A stretch of 64,000 nt of DNA from Geosiphon pyriformis uo1 (Eukaryota > Fungi > Glomeromycota). This document shows positions 39,520-51,864 of the stretch, piece by piece. The stretch lies in contig JAAOMT010000303.1 of assembly GCA_016748015.1 (NCBI GenBank), positions 806,001 to 870,000 of the forward strand, in the 5' to 3' direction. Under the pieces are notes generated by a model that was not told the DNA's origin, made no database searches, and worked only from the letters and a program-made list of their open reading frames with translations. Positions within the stretch are counted from its first letter, which is position 1. Each line of letters opens with the position of its first letter. A program made the translations under genes and the position numbers.

Positions 39520-42500
39520 TTATTCTCTTCTTTTTAATATTAAGCTCCATTGAGATCTTCCAAATCTCTTAACTCTAATTCTTCATTTTCAAGTATTTTT
39601 TGAACTTCTTTTTCGAGAATTACTTGTGTTATCCTGTTCTGTAATTTTTCAAATTGGGCATTGGTTATTTTTCCCATTTGGTTAACTGTAATGAAGTCCA
39701 ATTCTGGATTAAGTAAGATTTCTGGTCTGTCTTGAAATCCAGTATATAACCAATATATGGCTTTTGCTTGTATAGTCAAATTGTTCTTTTCCACAAATTG
39801 TTCCAGTTGTTGTATTATTGTTGTGTCAAATAGTCATTTTGTTTTATCCATGTATAAGTTCTGAATGTTCAAGTGTTGTTCCAAGTGGAAATAACAAAAG
39901 TTTCTTGGAAATTCATGTATCCACCATTTCCAAGTTTCTTTGGTCAACTCTTAATATATGATGACACTTATTGGTTCTTTTATTGCTAATTTTATTTTCA
40001 GAACCATTTTGTTGATAGTGTTTTCTGTTTTTCTTTGACTTTTGTATTTAGGTATCTTTTTAGTATCTCGGTATCAAATGGTTTATTGGTTGATAGTAAT
40101 TTCCATATTCTGTTGTTAAATCAGTCAGAATAGTTGTTGTGCTAATGCATGGATGTTGTCAGTGATTTCCATTTTTTTGAAGTCCTCCATCATGTTTATT
40201 ATGTCTTTATATACTCTTTTTATTGTTCAATCTTACATGTTTGGTCTAATAATTATGATTGGTTCCAGATTATGTGGAATCTTATTTGGTTGGACTAGTA
40301 TTCTTTGTACTCCTAATTGTGAAATATTACTGATGGATGATAACACTATATGGTGATATGGTTTTAGTTGATCACCATATGCTGTTTTGGCTAAGATTTT
40401 GTTGTCTCATCTTAATTTATAAGCTCTATTTTCAAGAATTTTTTCTATGTGAAATGGTCCATCTCATTTGGGGTCAAATTTTCTATTCTATTGTTTTTCT
40501 GCTTTGATACAATATAAAAGTACTTTGTTTCCAATCTTGAATTCAACTGGTTTATTTGATAGTTGGTTATCATGTCTTTTTTTTTGTTTTTTTTGTGACT
40601 TTTGGATGTTATCAGCTGTTTTTTGTCATTTGTTTTCTAAAATTTCCATCAAGTTATATGTTTTTTTTAACAATGTTTCCTGAAAATTGTCTTCAGTTAT
40701 TGGTTTTACTGGATAAGTATTAACTTCTATCTCCACTGATAATGTTGCTGTTCTATCATATACTAATTCAAATAGTGTTGCTTGTGTAGTGTCTTGTTTC
40801 ATTGTTCGATAAGCAAATAATACTGATAGTATAAACAAATCTCATTTGTTTTGATTTTTTTGGCTGAGTTTGGCAATTGTTTTACACAATATTCTATTGA
40901 ATCTTTCAACTAATCCATTGGTTTGTGGATAATATGATAATGATAATAGTCTTTTTATCCCAAATCTTTGACTTAATTCTGTTAATGTTCTATTCACAAA
41001 GTGAGTTTCTTGATCCAATAATAATTTTTTTAGACATCTGTGTTAACAGATTAAATCTTGATGAATGAATTTGGCAACAGATTCTGCATCTGCTCTTTGA
41101 ATAGTTTTTGCATCTGGCCATTTAGTAAGATAGTCTATGGCTACTACAATGTATCTGTTGCCTCTGCTGGTTATGATTAATGGTCCAACTAAGTCAACTC
41201 CAATGTAATCAAATAGTTGTCTTACTTTGATTAGTCTCAATGGTTCATTTAATTTTGTTTCTCCTTTTCTTTGACAAGCATTACAATTTTGAACATATTG
41301 AATGATGTCTGAATACATTGATGGCTAATAGTATTTTTTTTTGGTCTTTTCTATGATTGTTTTTTTATGAAAATGTCCCATTGTTGGATTTGAATGCATG
41401 TTGAATAATATTGTCTCTTTTTCTGGTTCTGTGATTACTCTGGTTGGTTGATTTGGGTTTTTTTTGTTCTTCTGGTAAAGTGTATTTTAATGGTTGATAA
41501 AATATTTTGATTGCTGTTTTGTTTCTTTTGAGATAATTTCTTCTTGAACAATTGAGTATCTATATAATGTTGGAGTTGTTTGTATTTTTGTATATTCATT
41601 TTTTGTTATATTTTTGAATTGAAATATTTTTAGATTTGTCTCATTCATGACAATCCATTGACATTTCTATTTTCTTTTTCTTTTTTATAATGTACTGTAT
41701 AATTAAATGGTGAAAGTTTTATTTTATATCTGACATGACAATTATCTGCAAATTTTTGTTTCTGGATTGAAAGTCAATCCTTTGTAATTGGTGTATACAT
41801 TGAACTTTTGACTCAAATATTTTTTCCATTTGATGACTGCCCAATAGATTGCTAAGTGTTCTAATGCTGGTGTTCTATAGTTTTTTTCTACTGGACTTAA
41901 GCTTCTATTAGCATATGTTACTGGATGTTTTTTTTCATTTGGTTCTCTCTGTGATAGTACTGCTTCCAATGCTTAACCAGATGCATTGGTTGTGATTATG
42001 AATGGCTTGTTATGATCTGAATAGATCAGTACTGGAGCTTGAATAAGCTTTCTTCTTAATGTATCAAAAGCTTCTTGTTGAGTTTCAGTCTATTCATATT
42101 TGGTGTTTTTTGTTTGGAGTTGGTATAATGGTTGAGCTATTTTAGAAAAGTCTTTGATAAAGTGGCAGTAGTATCCAGCAAATCCCAAGAATGCTCTTAA
42201 TTATGTGAGATTATTTGGTACTGGAAAGTTTTTAACAATTTCTATCTTATCTGAATCCATTTTGATACCCTCTTTGCTTATAACATGTCCCAAAAACTTG
42301 AGTTCAGTTTTGCCAAAGAAGCATTTGTTTGCATTTAATTTCAATCCTGCTTATCTGAGTCTTTCAAATACTTGTTGGAGATGATGTAGATAATCATTGA
42401 ATGTTTTGGAAAACACCTTGGTGTTATCTAAATAGACAACTACTGATTTCTACAGTAGTCCAATATATACAATTTTCATAAATTATTGAAATGTTGCTGA

Positions 42501-45318
42501 AGCATTTATCAATCTAAATGACATGATTTTGAACTCAAAATTTCTCTTTCTTGTGGTAAATGCTGTTTTCTCTTTGTCGGCTAAAGCCATGGCTACTTGC
42601 CAGTAACCACTATCTAAATCCAGTATTAAGAACCATTTATTTCCTTCAAAAGCATCAAATAATTCCTGAATTCATAGAGTTAGATAACTATCTCCATGAG
42701 TAACACTATTGAGCTTTCTATAGTCTACACAAAAGCAGATCTTTTTTTTTTTTTTTAGACTAGTACTACTGGTGATAACCATAGACTCATTAATGACTAA
42801 ATTAGCCTATTGTTAAACATCCAATTAATTTCTTGATGAATAATTTCATGGCTGGCTAGTAGTACTCTGTATGCTCTTTGTTTAATTGGCATTGCATCTC
42901 TAGTCTTGATCTGGTACTAAATAATATTGGTGCAGCCAAATTTATTTTCACTAACAAAGATGTCATTAAAATTTCTGAGTAACATCTTTAGTTGCATTTG
43001 TTGAAGTGGGGCTAGATTTCTCATGTTCATCTGTTTCAATTGTTTTGGTTAAAGCCGATAACATTTATTTTGTTTGTAAATGGTTTGTAATGTGATGTCC
43101 ACATATCCACAAAGCTGTGGAAAATCTGGAATGTGGTTTTAATTTGATGGTGTCTTTTTCTGGATATTTTAGATTAAACCCAGCATCAGTATCATGTGCA
43201 CATTTTGGCATAATATCTTCATTATTATCACTAAACCATTTCAGTTCCTGCTTTTTGGTGAAATTAAGAAGTACAATAAATGTTTTGGGATTTGAATTAG
43301 AGTCCGAATTGTTGTTATTTTTGTTGCCATTTTGAGCAAAGCTGAAACCATTATTTTCATTATCATCATTGTTAAAGTTTGAATTAAGATTGAAAATTGA
43401 TTCCAATTCTGATGTGCAGCTGTTGATTGGTTTTTCCTCTTCTAGGATCATGTAAATCATACATGTTGGTGGATTGTAAATAAGGTCACACTCATTACAA
43501 TATTAAAAGTCATATAGAATCAAACAGTGCTTACATAGTCAAATGTTGATTTCTTCCAAGCATTGCTTCTGCTTTTTTCTTGTAAATGCTAACTTTTGGT
43601 AGTGTTTATAGAATTGTTCTGGGTCCAAAAAATTTATGACTGGTTCTGGGTTCTAGTCGAGTTCTATGAGTTCTGGTAGGTTATTTTTAATCATCCTTAT
43701 TTCTTCTAATGATGCTTCTTCGATTTTGGTGAGAGCCATTCACCAAATTTTGTCATCATTATGTGGACAACTGTTCAAGCATTTGACTGCTTGTCTTTAG
43801 GCAGTATCTATGAGCATTTTTTTTCTTACCTAGTTGCTTATGAGAATTGTGTACTGACATAATTTGTCACATGTTCTTTCTCTCCTAGGAATATTATTCC
43901 ATATTTTTTTGTCAAGAAGAGTTTTTCCACAAGCCAAACATGGCTTATTATCCCATTTTCTCACTTGTTTTGGTCTTTCAAAGCATTCAATGAGGCATAG
44001 GTGACAATAAAACTTAGTTGCTATCTGATATTCCTCATTGTTACCACAGCATGCACTTATTAATGACAATTTCTTGCCACAATCAATGCACTCTAGTTTT
44101 GGTCAACAATAATTAGACAATTGTGGTTGAGTGTAAGTATATGAACAATGAATGGTGGTTGGCATTGGATCTTCTTCCTTCTTTTTCTCTTTTCTTTCAT
44201 GATTGTCTTCTTTCTACTCCCAAGTTGTTGTTAGTTCATTCTGATTGTTGTCGGTTTTTCAGGCTTGATCAGCATTTCAGGTAAGTTTTTCCTTTCATTT
44301 TTTTTTTTATTGTTATCCCAAAAGAGTATTAGTAGTAGCTTGTTGTGGTCTTCATTGGCCCAGGACATTTGATAGGCTTTCCAGGTAGGTTTTTCTTTTT
44401 TTTCCTCAAATTTGATAAGTGGGACTGATGGCATGATGATGAGTTTAAAGTATTTACACATGGCAGGTATCTGTGTGTGTTAACCATTCTGGCTAAACTG
44501 TAGTTCTTGTGTGTTCCAGTTGAGCATGGCATTTGTTTTGACTAACCAGTCATTACTAACTAGTGCCTAGTATTATATAGTCTTCATTACCAAAATTTTG
44601 ATTGGAGTAATAATACCATTTACTTCAAAGGAAAAATTATCAATCTTGCTGATAGGAGTCTTGATTACTCTATCAGCCATTATTATTCTGGCATTGGCAG
44701 TGCAATCAACTCAGTGACCTAATTGGTCCATGAATTGTCATGTGATAATGCTGCCTGCTGACCTATTGTTAAGGATGAGTTTGATAGTATGGTCATCTAT
44801 TTTGATGTCAGTATACATAACAGTATTTGGTTTTTCCTTGAGTACGGCTCCACTGAACAAAAGAGTTGTTGACAGTTCTTCAATTTTGAAGGGAAATATA
44901 GCTACAAGTGACTCATCTTTCATGACAGTGGCTGGTGATATGTTGCTGACAAGCAATTTCTGATTTGTCTCCAAGTTGTTAGATAAGGTGTCTTTTGGAG
45001 TAACTAAAAGACTTAAATAGTTCTGGGAACTCGGATTTTAAGTATACCTGGTTCCTAAACTCTGTTGTTGTAATCTTGATGGCTGGTTGGATAAACTGGG
45101 AATTGGTTGGTGAACAATCATTGCTGATCTTCAGTTTTAGATGACTCTTGATTTGAGATTTCTGAATGTTATCTGAGCTGAGTTTGATGGCAGTATTGAA
45201 ATTGGTGGTTGTTGATATATTACTTGTGGCTGTGATTGATAAATAACTGGTGCTGCTGGTTGATATAGTGGAGCTTGATATACCAGTGGTTGATAAATTG
45301 GCAGCTGCATTACTAATA

Positions 45319-46573
45319 TAATGCAAACCATTTATAGTCATCAAACAATTTATATAATTTTAAATTGTATCTAGTCTTCCAATTTTAATAATATTAAAAA
45401 ACTAAACTGTAAATATGATAGATTAAGTTTTTTTCTTTCACATTTATGGTTTAATTTTTTGAATTATATTATAATTTATAAAGTTATTAAAGTTTAAAAT
45501 TAGCCACTTTTATTATTAATCTTTAATTTTCAGATGCCGATCAATCAGATTTTAGCCAATCAGCAATCATTAAAGTCATGTTACCATATAATAAATCATT
45601 GAAGTATTATCATTTTCAGAAAGACTTTCAATTAATATTAATCTAATCTTTAGATGATCACTTTTTTATAAAGATATAATATCTCTCAGTCTGTATGTCT
45701 TCTGCTGGTAACACAGCACTATTAACCATGAATATTCTATTTACACCACCACTATATTCGGTTGTCATTATTGGAACAGAAACCCAGATATCAATATTGT
45801 TCACACCAGGTGTCAAAGAAATCATAAAAGTATTATAAACAATTGTCGGAGAATTTGGAAATGTTATTTGTGCTCTATTTGTAACCTTGTGTTATTATAA
45901 TATGGATACTTACTTTGAATTCACAAATAACCTTTCAATGACTATAATGTTGCATTTCAAAAAATTGCTTGAATCTAAGAGATATATGAAATCTCCTGTA
46001 ATAAAGATTTCTGGTTAAATTTAATATTTGAATGATGAATTATACCAAAGAGAAATATAATGACTAAAATACCTATCATGTATTCAACTGAATCATGATC
46101 TAGTTTTAGAATTGGTTTTCTAGATTGTAAAAGAAATTTTGATTGTTGAATATTTCAACAATTTATTAGAATGTGATATATAATAGCTTATCACAATAAT
46201 CAAGAAACTTACATCAGTTGGTGTTAATTTAAGGGAATTAGATTGGAATTGAAAGATCTTTGGCTTTACCTTGATTGAGAAAACTGAAGTTGTCTTAAAG
46301 CTCATAATCTTGAATAGCTCTTTTTTGTTAATGTTGTACATTTTCTAATGAATTTGTTTTAATGCAAAAAATGTATGAAACATATTAGTTTAAGTAGATA
46401 AAACCCAGATTTTTTTGTAAAAGCCTAATAAACTTCTTACTTATAAATAATATATTAAAAATACATGTATATTAACCAATAAAATTTAATTATATAAATA
46501 AAAACATGTGAAGATCATCATTTAAAATTTCGGACTGATCTACATTTTTGATGATTATAAATAGTTTGCACCA
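45319..46573. mobile_element. Non-autonomous TIR DNA element (Tc1/mariner-pogo-like ends) inserted in Gypsy-2 gag
   Basis: 27-bp TIRs TAATGCAAACCATTTATAGTCATCAAA and TGGTGCAAACTATTTATAATCATCAAA; TA TSD (45317-45318, 46574-46575). The gag frame NYL|LVMQ is restored on removal. Confidence 0.85.
45500..46341 (-). pseudogene. Spliced cargo gene remnant inside the TIR element (not a recognisable transposase)
   Basis: ATG 46341; GTAAGT..TAG and GTATTT..CAG intron-like segments; long last frame (…MISLTPGVNNIDIWVSVP…DIQTERYYIFIKK) whose stops can be read as C>T-mutated Gln/Arg codons. Confidence 0.5.
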
Positions 46574-48423
46574 TAGGTAATTTGATTGATATATTTTTGG
46601 ATTAGGTTGATATCTCAAAGTTTGAAACTGGTAATTGGGGTTTTAATATTGATTTCCCGATTGTTGATTTTTTATCCTTAATCTACAGTCAATTCACAAA
46701 TGTCTTTGTTTACCACAGTAGTGACAAACACTACTGTTGATTAGTAAAGGATGATAAATGCAATTGATTCTGAGAACAATTTGCGTTTCCTTGATTATTG
46801 CATTATTGTGGAGGTTGATAAACTGCTTGATTGTTAGTTAAGTATCTCTCTAATTTTTGGTTGATGGAATTACTGAATTGTTTCAACTTAGAATTCAATT
46901 CAGATAATCTGTTCATTATTAGATTTATGGCTTGGGCATGGTTAGCTTCAAGTTCAGTGGCTTTAAAATCTCTGGCATTCATAACTGTGGCTTAAAAGTC
47001 TGCTAGATACATTGGGCATACATGCTAAAGGATGCTACTGTATAGGCCTCTAATGAATTGATTTAGAATTTGTGGTACTGTAAAATAATCAGCCTGAATT
47101 GCCTAAATTTGGTGCAGATTTCTATGAAAACATCTTAGATAAGTGGTGACTGCTTCATTTTCCTCTTGTTTGATAGTGGTAAAGATGTTTGCTAGACAAT
47201 TAATACTATTATTATTGCTGAAGTATTGTAAGAATGCAAGCTTAAATACATTGAAATTCTGGGGTTTGTTGGCTAGGCTTTGATACCATGAGTTGGTGGT
47301 ATTCTAAAAAAAATAGGAAATGGCTTGCATGGCTCTAATGTTATTCCATCTGTTGGCTGTAATGGCTTTTTCCACATCATTTAGTCACACTTGGGCATCA
47401 TCTTCTTTGCCGGTAAATTTTTCAAGTTTTGTAATTGGTGCATATGCCATTTGTTGTTATTGCTGTGATGGTGGTAGTTAAAGTTATTGTTGTAGCTGTT
47501 GAGGTGGTTGTTGTGGTTGTTGAAGTGGCTGTTGTTGAATCGGTTCAATAATCAGTTCAATTGGTGGCTGGTTGATGATGATTATTGGAGATAAGTTTTG
47601 CTAATTAATTATTTCGGGATTTGGATTGTTTTGAGTTTGCTGGGTTTGAATGTTCGGAGTTTTGACTTCCAGATTTTCTAGAATCGGGTTTTGGTAAGTA
47701 AATTCCTAATTCTTACTTCCTTTTTCTTCTGATTCCATTACTTCTCATAAACTCGCAGTTCCAAAATCTGGTTGAGGTAGCAGTAATCAGAATCCTAATG
47801 GCATTAGTGATCTCGATTTAAACTCTTCAAAATATTTACCATATGGTCCTAGTAATTCTGCTCTTCTTTGTTTACTTTGAAATGGGAATCATCCAAAGAT
47901 TGATATCATGTTTAATGTGGACATGTTTGCTGATGAGATATTGATGACACTTTTTAATATATAATGGTATGATGGATTGGTTGGTGATTCAACTCTGGTT
48001 TTCTTCTAAATAGGTGGTTGTATTTGTTTTGGTGTTACTGCTGGTGTTTGCAATCTTCCTTTGCTTTTGTCTATGTAGGTGATGAAGAATTGTTGTTGTG
48101 CATACCTTTCAATAATTTGATTGATTTCCTTGATGATTGGTGCAAAACTGTAGTTTCTTGATAAGCTGATATGTTGAAATAATTCTGTATAAAAATTTTT
48201 TTTTGCGGATTCAATGTTAACTGTTCCTCTTAAGCAGTCTGTAATTTTATTGTTGACATAAAAGTTGAAGACTGATTCTGTTGAGAAATAGTTATTGTTT
48301 AATTCTAATTGTTAGCTGTACTGTTGAAATAAGAATTTGGCAAATCTTAAGTGGTTTGCTCCTATGATTTCTGATTCTGCCACTTTTAAATGATTGTGAT
48401 TAGTGCTGTTTTCTGTAGGATTA

Positions 48424-48442
48424 TACTTCACAGGGAGCACCA
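48424..48442 (-). other. tRNA primer-binding site
   Basis: Minus strand TGGTGCTCCCTGTGAAG, 2 nt inside the 5' LTR; complementary to a tRNA 3' CCA end (elongator Met/Ile-like; unassigned). Confidence 0.8.
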
Positions 48443-48444
48443 AA

Positions 48445-49298
48445 TATTACAGATGATATTTAGAGTCTCAAATCAAATAACAAAACTCATAACTTGGTGC
48501 TCAGAAGCTATTTACAATGATGGTGTTGGTAATCTGAAGGTTGTTTGTATCTGAAAGTTTTGGTTGAGTTCTTTGTATAATGAACAGAGATTCAATAGTT
48601 GTTTTAGTAGCCTTCCAGAATCACAATTCTATCAAATTTTTTTCTTAGTGTGGTGGCTGGTAATCTTCTTAGTAAGCTATTCTCAAATCTATGAGTGTTT
48701 TACCCTTGTTTCACGGGTTTTTTACTAGTTCCTATGATGTTTGTATCTCAGAGCTTTCTCTTTAATCAATTAGTAAATACCAACAAAGAAAAAAAAAAAA
48801 ATTAAAAAAAAATACGAAATCAAAAATAAGCCAAGGCAATAATGATTAGTATTCTGTCAATAGCCATGATCAAGAGCTATTGTTCTAGTGTGGTTAAATA
48901 TCAATTACTATCAACATAAAATGTTAATAGTGGAGAGTAGATTTAAGATAAAGAATAATTATTTATTGATATTTGTGAGTTGGAAGGTCGCTTAGATTAA
49001 ATCTAAACTGAAAGATCTGTCTTTTTTACTTCTAATACTACTGCTATATATACATAATTGAAATTCCTCAATTCCACAATTCTTTACACCAGGAATTCCA
49101 GAATTCCTGGAATTCTGTAATTCTTTTTAAGAAAAATTCTGGAATTCTGCAATTCTGCAATTCCTTGTACAAGAATCCTGAAATTCTTAGAATTCTGCAA
49201 TTCCTCTTGAAAAGAATTTTGGAATTCCATATTTATTTTGGCTATCTCTAATTGGCTAATTTATATGCTAATATATGTCTTATGTTCTATAAGTAACA
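48445..49298 (-). repeat. Gypsy-2 5' LTR
   Basis: Starts TGTTAC (minus strand, 49298); CCAAT ~49251, GAATTC-rich array and TATATATAG box ~49045. Confidence 0.95.
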
Positions 49299-51864
49299 AC
49301 AGAAGTGTTTTCTTGGTATATTTTAATTGTTGATCTTCTGTTTTAATTGCAATCAGTCTCTTATGAATTCTTCGATTTTATGTGTTGGATAATAATGATA
49401 ATGTACTGAAGGTTTTCTCTTAATATTGTAATATAAGTTTTCTCTTTAATTCTAGCTGTCTTTGTATGTTGTGTACTCCTTTTCTGAGGCTAATCTGAAA
49501 TCTACCTGCTGTCTGAAGTCTTCTTTGAAACTATCTTTGCAATTGCCTGATGTGTTTTTCTAATTTAGAAACACAGAATGTTAATGGTTTTTTTGCAATT
49601 TTCCTAAGTATATAATAAAGCTTTTTCAATTTAATTAGTAACCACATAAATAATCTTGATTAAGGATTTTTCTTCCAAAAAGTTCAAAAATGGAATGATA
49701 GTTTTATTCACTAAAGGGAGTATGTAAATTCTATTGTTAATCTTATAATTGTGATGTTCATTCAATTTATTATTTTTATTAATTCTTTTTGAATAAAATT
49801 TTATTTAGATATTTGTTGTTTTAAGTTAAAGCTGTTTTTTCTTCATTATTAAAAACTATTGTATATATATATAATTATTGTTTTACAAAATAACGTTTTA
49901 TAATACTCTATTTTTGTTATTTCTAAATAGTGCTTGCTGCTTTTGCATAATAGTGCTTACTGCTATTACACAGTAGTACTTATTGTTATTTGTAAATTAT
50001 TTTTTTTTATAAATTGTTGTTGTGCTATTTCATAATTGGCTAATTTATATTATTTATAATTCCTATTAAATTCTTAAACTGTAACAATATTTTAAAAAAA
50101 ACCATATACTATAGTTTTGTTTATTCTTTGAAATGATTTAAAATTGTGTTTAATAACAAATTTTTGGACAAAAAAAGTAATATGATAAATTATAAGACAT
50201 TTTATTAATAGAAAAAATTAGATCTTAAAAACTTTGTATTTTATTGGTTCAAGCTGATGTTAAAGTTTTTGTGTAATAAAAGTTTTTTGGTAGTTAATTT
50301 TGTTAATATTAATAGGTTATATAACTTAAATATTCTGAATTCCAAAAATTTTTTTGATATATAAAAATGTTTACATGAAATTTGGTCTGATTTTATTGTG
50401 GTTTATACAGATAAGTTTTTGAAATGTGCTGGTTTTGTTGAGATTGCTAATGGAACAGCTGCTTACTTTTTTGTTGTAGATATAAATATTGGTATTAAAG
50501 TATATAAACTTTTGTTATTTACAATGGCTAAATTACAGACTGTTGCTCTGTTCTTAAAATGTGTTTTATTTTTTTGTATAATAGTCTTGTATTTAAATAG
50601 CCAAGCTGCTATTAATGTGTATATAGCTAAAATTTTATTTGTTGCACCAGACATTTTTAATCAATATTGAATAGAAAAAAGGCATATTGTTAATCTAATT
50701 AAAGATAAAAAACTTTTTGTTAATTGAATGAAAATTAAAAGTTATTTAAAAATTCCAGGCAATTTTAAAACTGATATAATAATAGATAAAGCTGCTTACT
50801 TTTCTTTTTCTTTGCTGATTGAAATATAAAAACATTTTATAGTGGCTAAAAACATAGCTGTATCTGGCAATATTTGTTATTTTGTTTACAATTTATATAA
50901 GTCTTGTTGTGTTTAATAAAAGGCTGGTCTTGGTTATAATATAATTTTAAATATATTAATTAGGAAAATAGATTGGTTACTGTAAAGATTTGGCACTTTA
51001 ACTTATATATACTTTTTGAGTTTACTGATAAAAAGTCTGTTAATTTGCATATATACTTAATAAAAGCAGTATATAAACAGCTGTTGGTAGTAGTTAAAAA
51101 GAGATTATATAACAAAGCATATTCAGATATGTTATATTTACTGTATAATAAGATAAAGTTGTCAGATTATATCTTTATTTGTGCTAAAAATAATAGTATT
51201 CAGAAAGAGATTTTGGCAAAAACTTCTAAATAATAAGTTTTTTTGATAAATGCTTATAGTCTATTTTTTTTTGCTGTTTTGCAGATACTTTTTAAATATT
51301 CTTTAAATATAAGTCTATATACAATAATTTGCAAAAAAATTGTGTTAAGAAACTGGTATACAAAAGCTATCATAGTTTTTAATAAAAAAAAAAACTGTTT
51401 TTGTTATTGTTAAATATATAAAGCAACTGATAGAGTCATATTATACTAAGACATAGCTTATAAAATCTAAATATAGAATAAATATAAAAAAAACTGAGTT
51501 GGTTAGAGATAGTGATTTGGTATCAAGTTTGTTTTATAATATGATGTTTATATTATCTAATAAAATAGTTTAATTGCTTAATATTATAGAATCTTTTATA
51601 ATTAGTTTTAGTAAATACAGATTGTGTTTTTTTTTAGTTTAAATAGTAATATATATATTAGTATAAATGTTTAGTATTGTTTTGTTTGGCCTAAATAACT
51701 GGTCACATATAGTAAAAACATAAGTTGTATTTAGTTTGAATCATTTAATTTGGTTCTATATATTAGATAGTAATTAGACTTTACTTGTTAAAATAGTAAT
51801 AAAAAAAATTTAGTTTCTAATAGTTTATGTAAATATATAAATTTTTTTAGTAATATAAATATAT

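Larger units (their letters stand above)
38683..49298 (-). mobile_element. Gypsy-2: full-length Ty3/Gypsy element (gag-PR-Cys-rich-dUTPase-RT-RH-IN), pseudogenised
   Basis: Paired LTRs 38683-39519 and 48445-49298; gag knuckle CHYCGKQRHL*IDC (~46690-46726); decayed protease KLILNNRSAGSI; dUTPase DAGFNL; RT VVYLDN; RNase H YANRSLS; integrase GVDLVGPL...IDYLTKW, GPF. Flanks ATGG/ACAG. Confidence 0.95.
38675..50086 (-). mobile_element. Solo LTR, family 2, split 4 bp from its end by Gypsy-2 (38675-38682 plus 49299-50086)
   Basis: TGTT+[ACGG]+AAGTG reconstructs the terminus; the other end is CTGTAACA at 50086; flanks ACAT/ATAT; homologous to 21233-22126. Confidence 0.82.
36144..51808 (+). mobile_element. 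LINE-C: 5'-missing, heavily decayed LINE split by nested LTR insertions
   Basis: APE end and RT at 36144-38674; resumes at 50091 in frame (LMLNI|LKKTIYYSF, matching LINE-B PMSIVLGELAFYK); RNase H VYTDK...AKLQTVAL; family 3' UTR and poly(A) ending 51808. Confidence 0.85.

Noticed and set aside
39540-40370. env gene or chromodomain after the integrase
   Set aside because: No signal peptide or transmembrane segment, and no chromodomain aromatic pattern visible.
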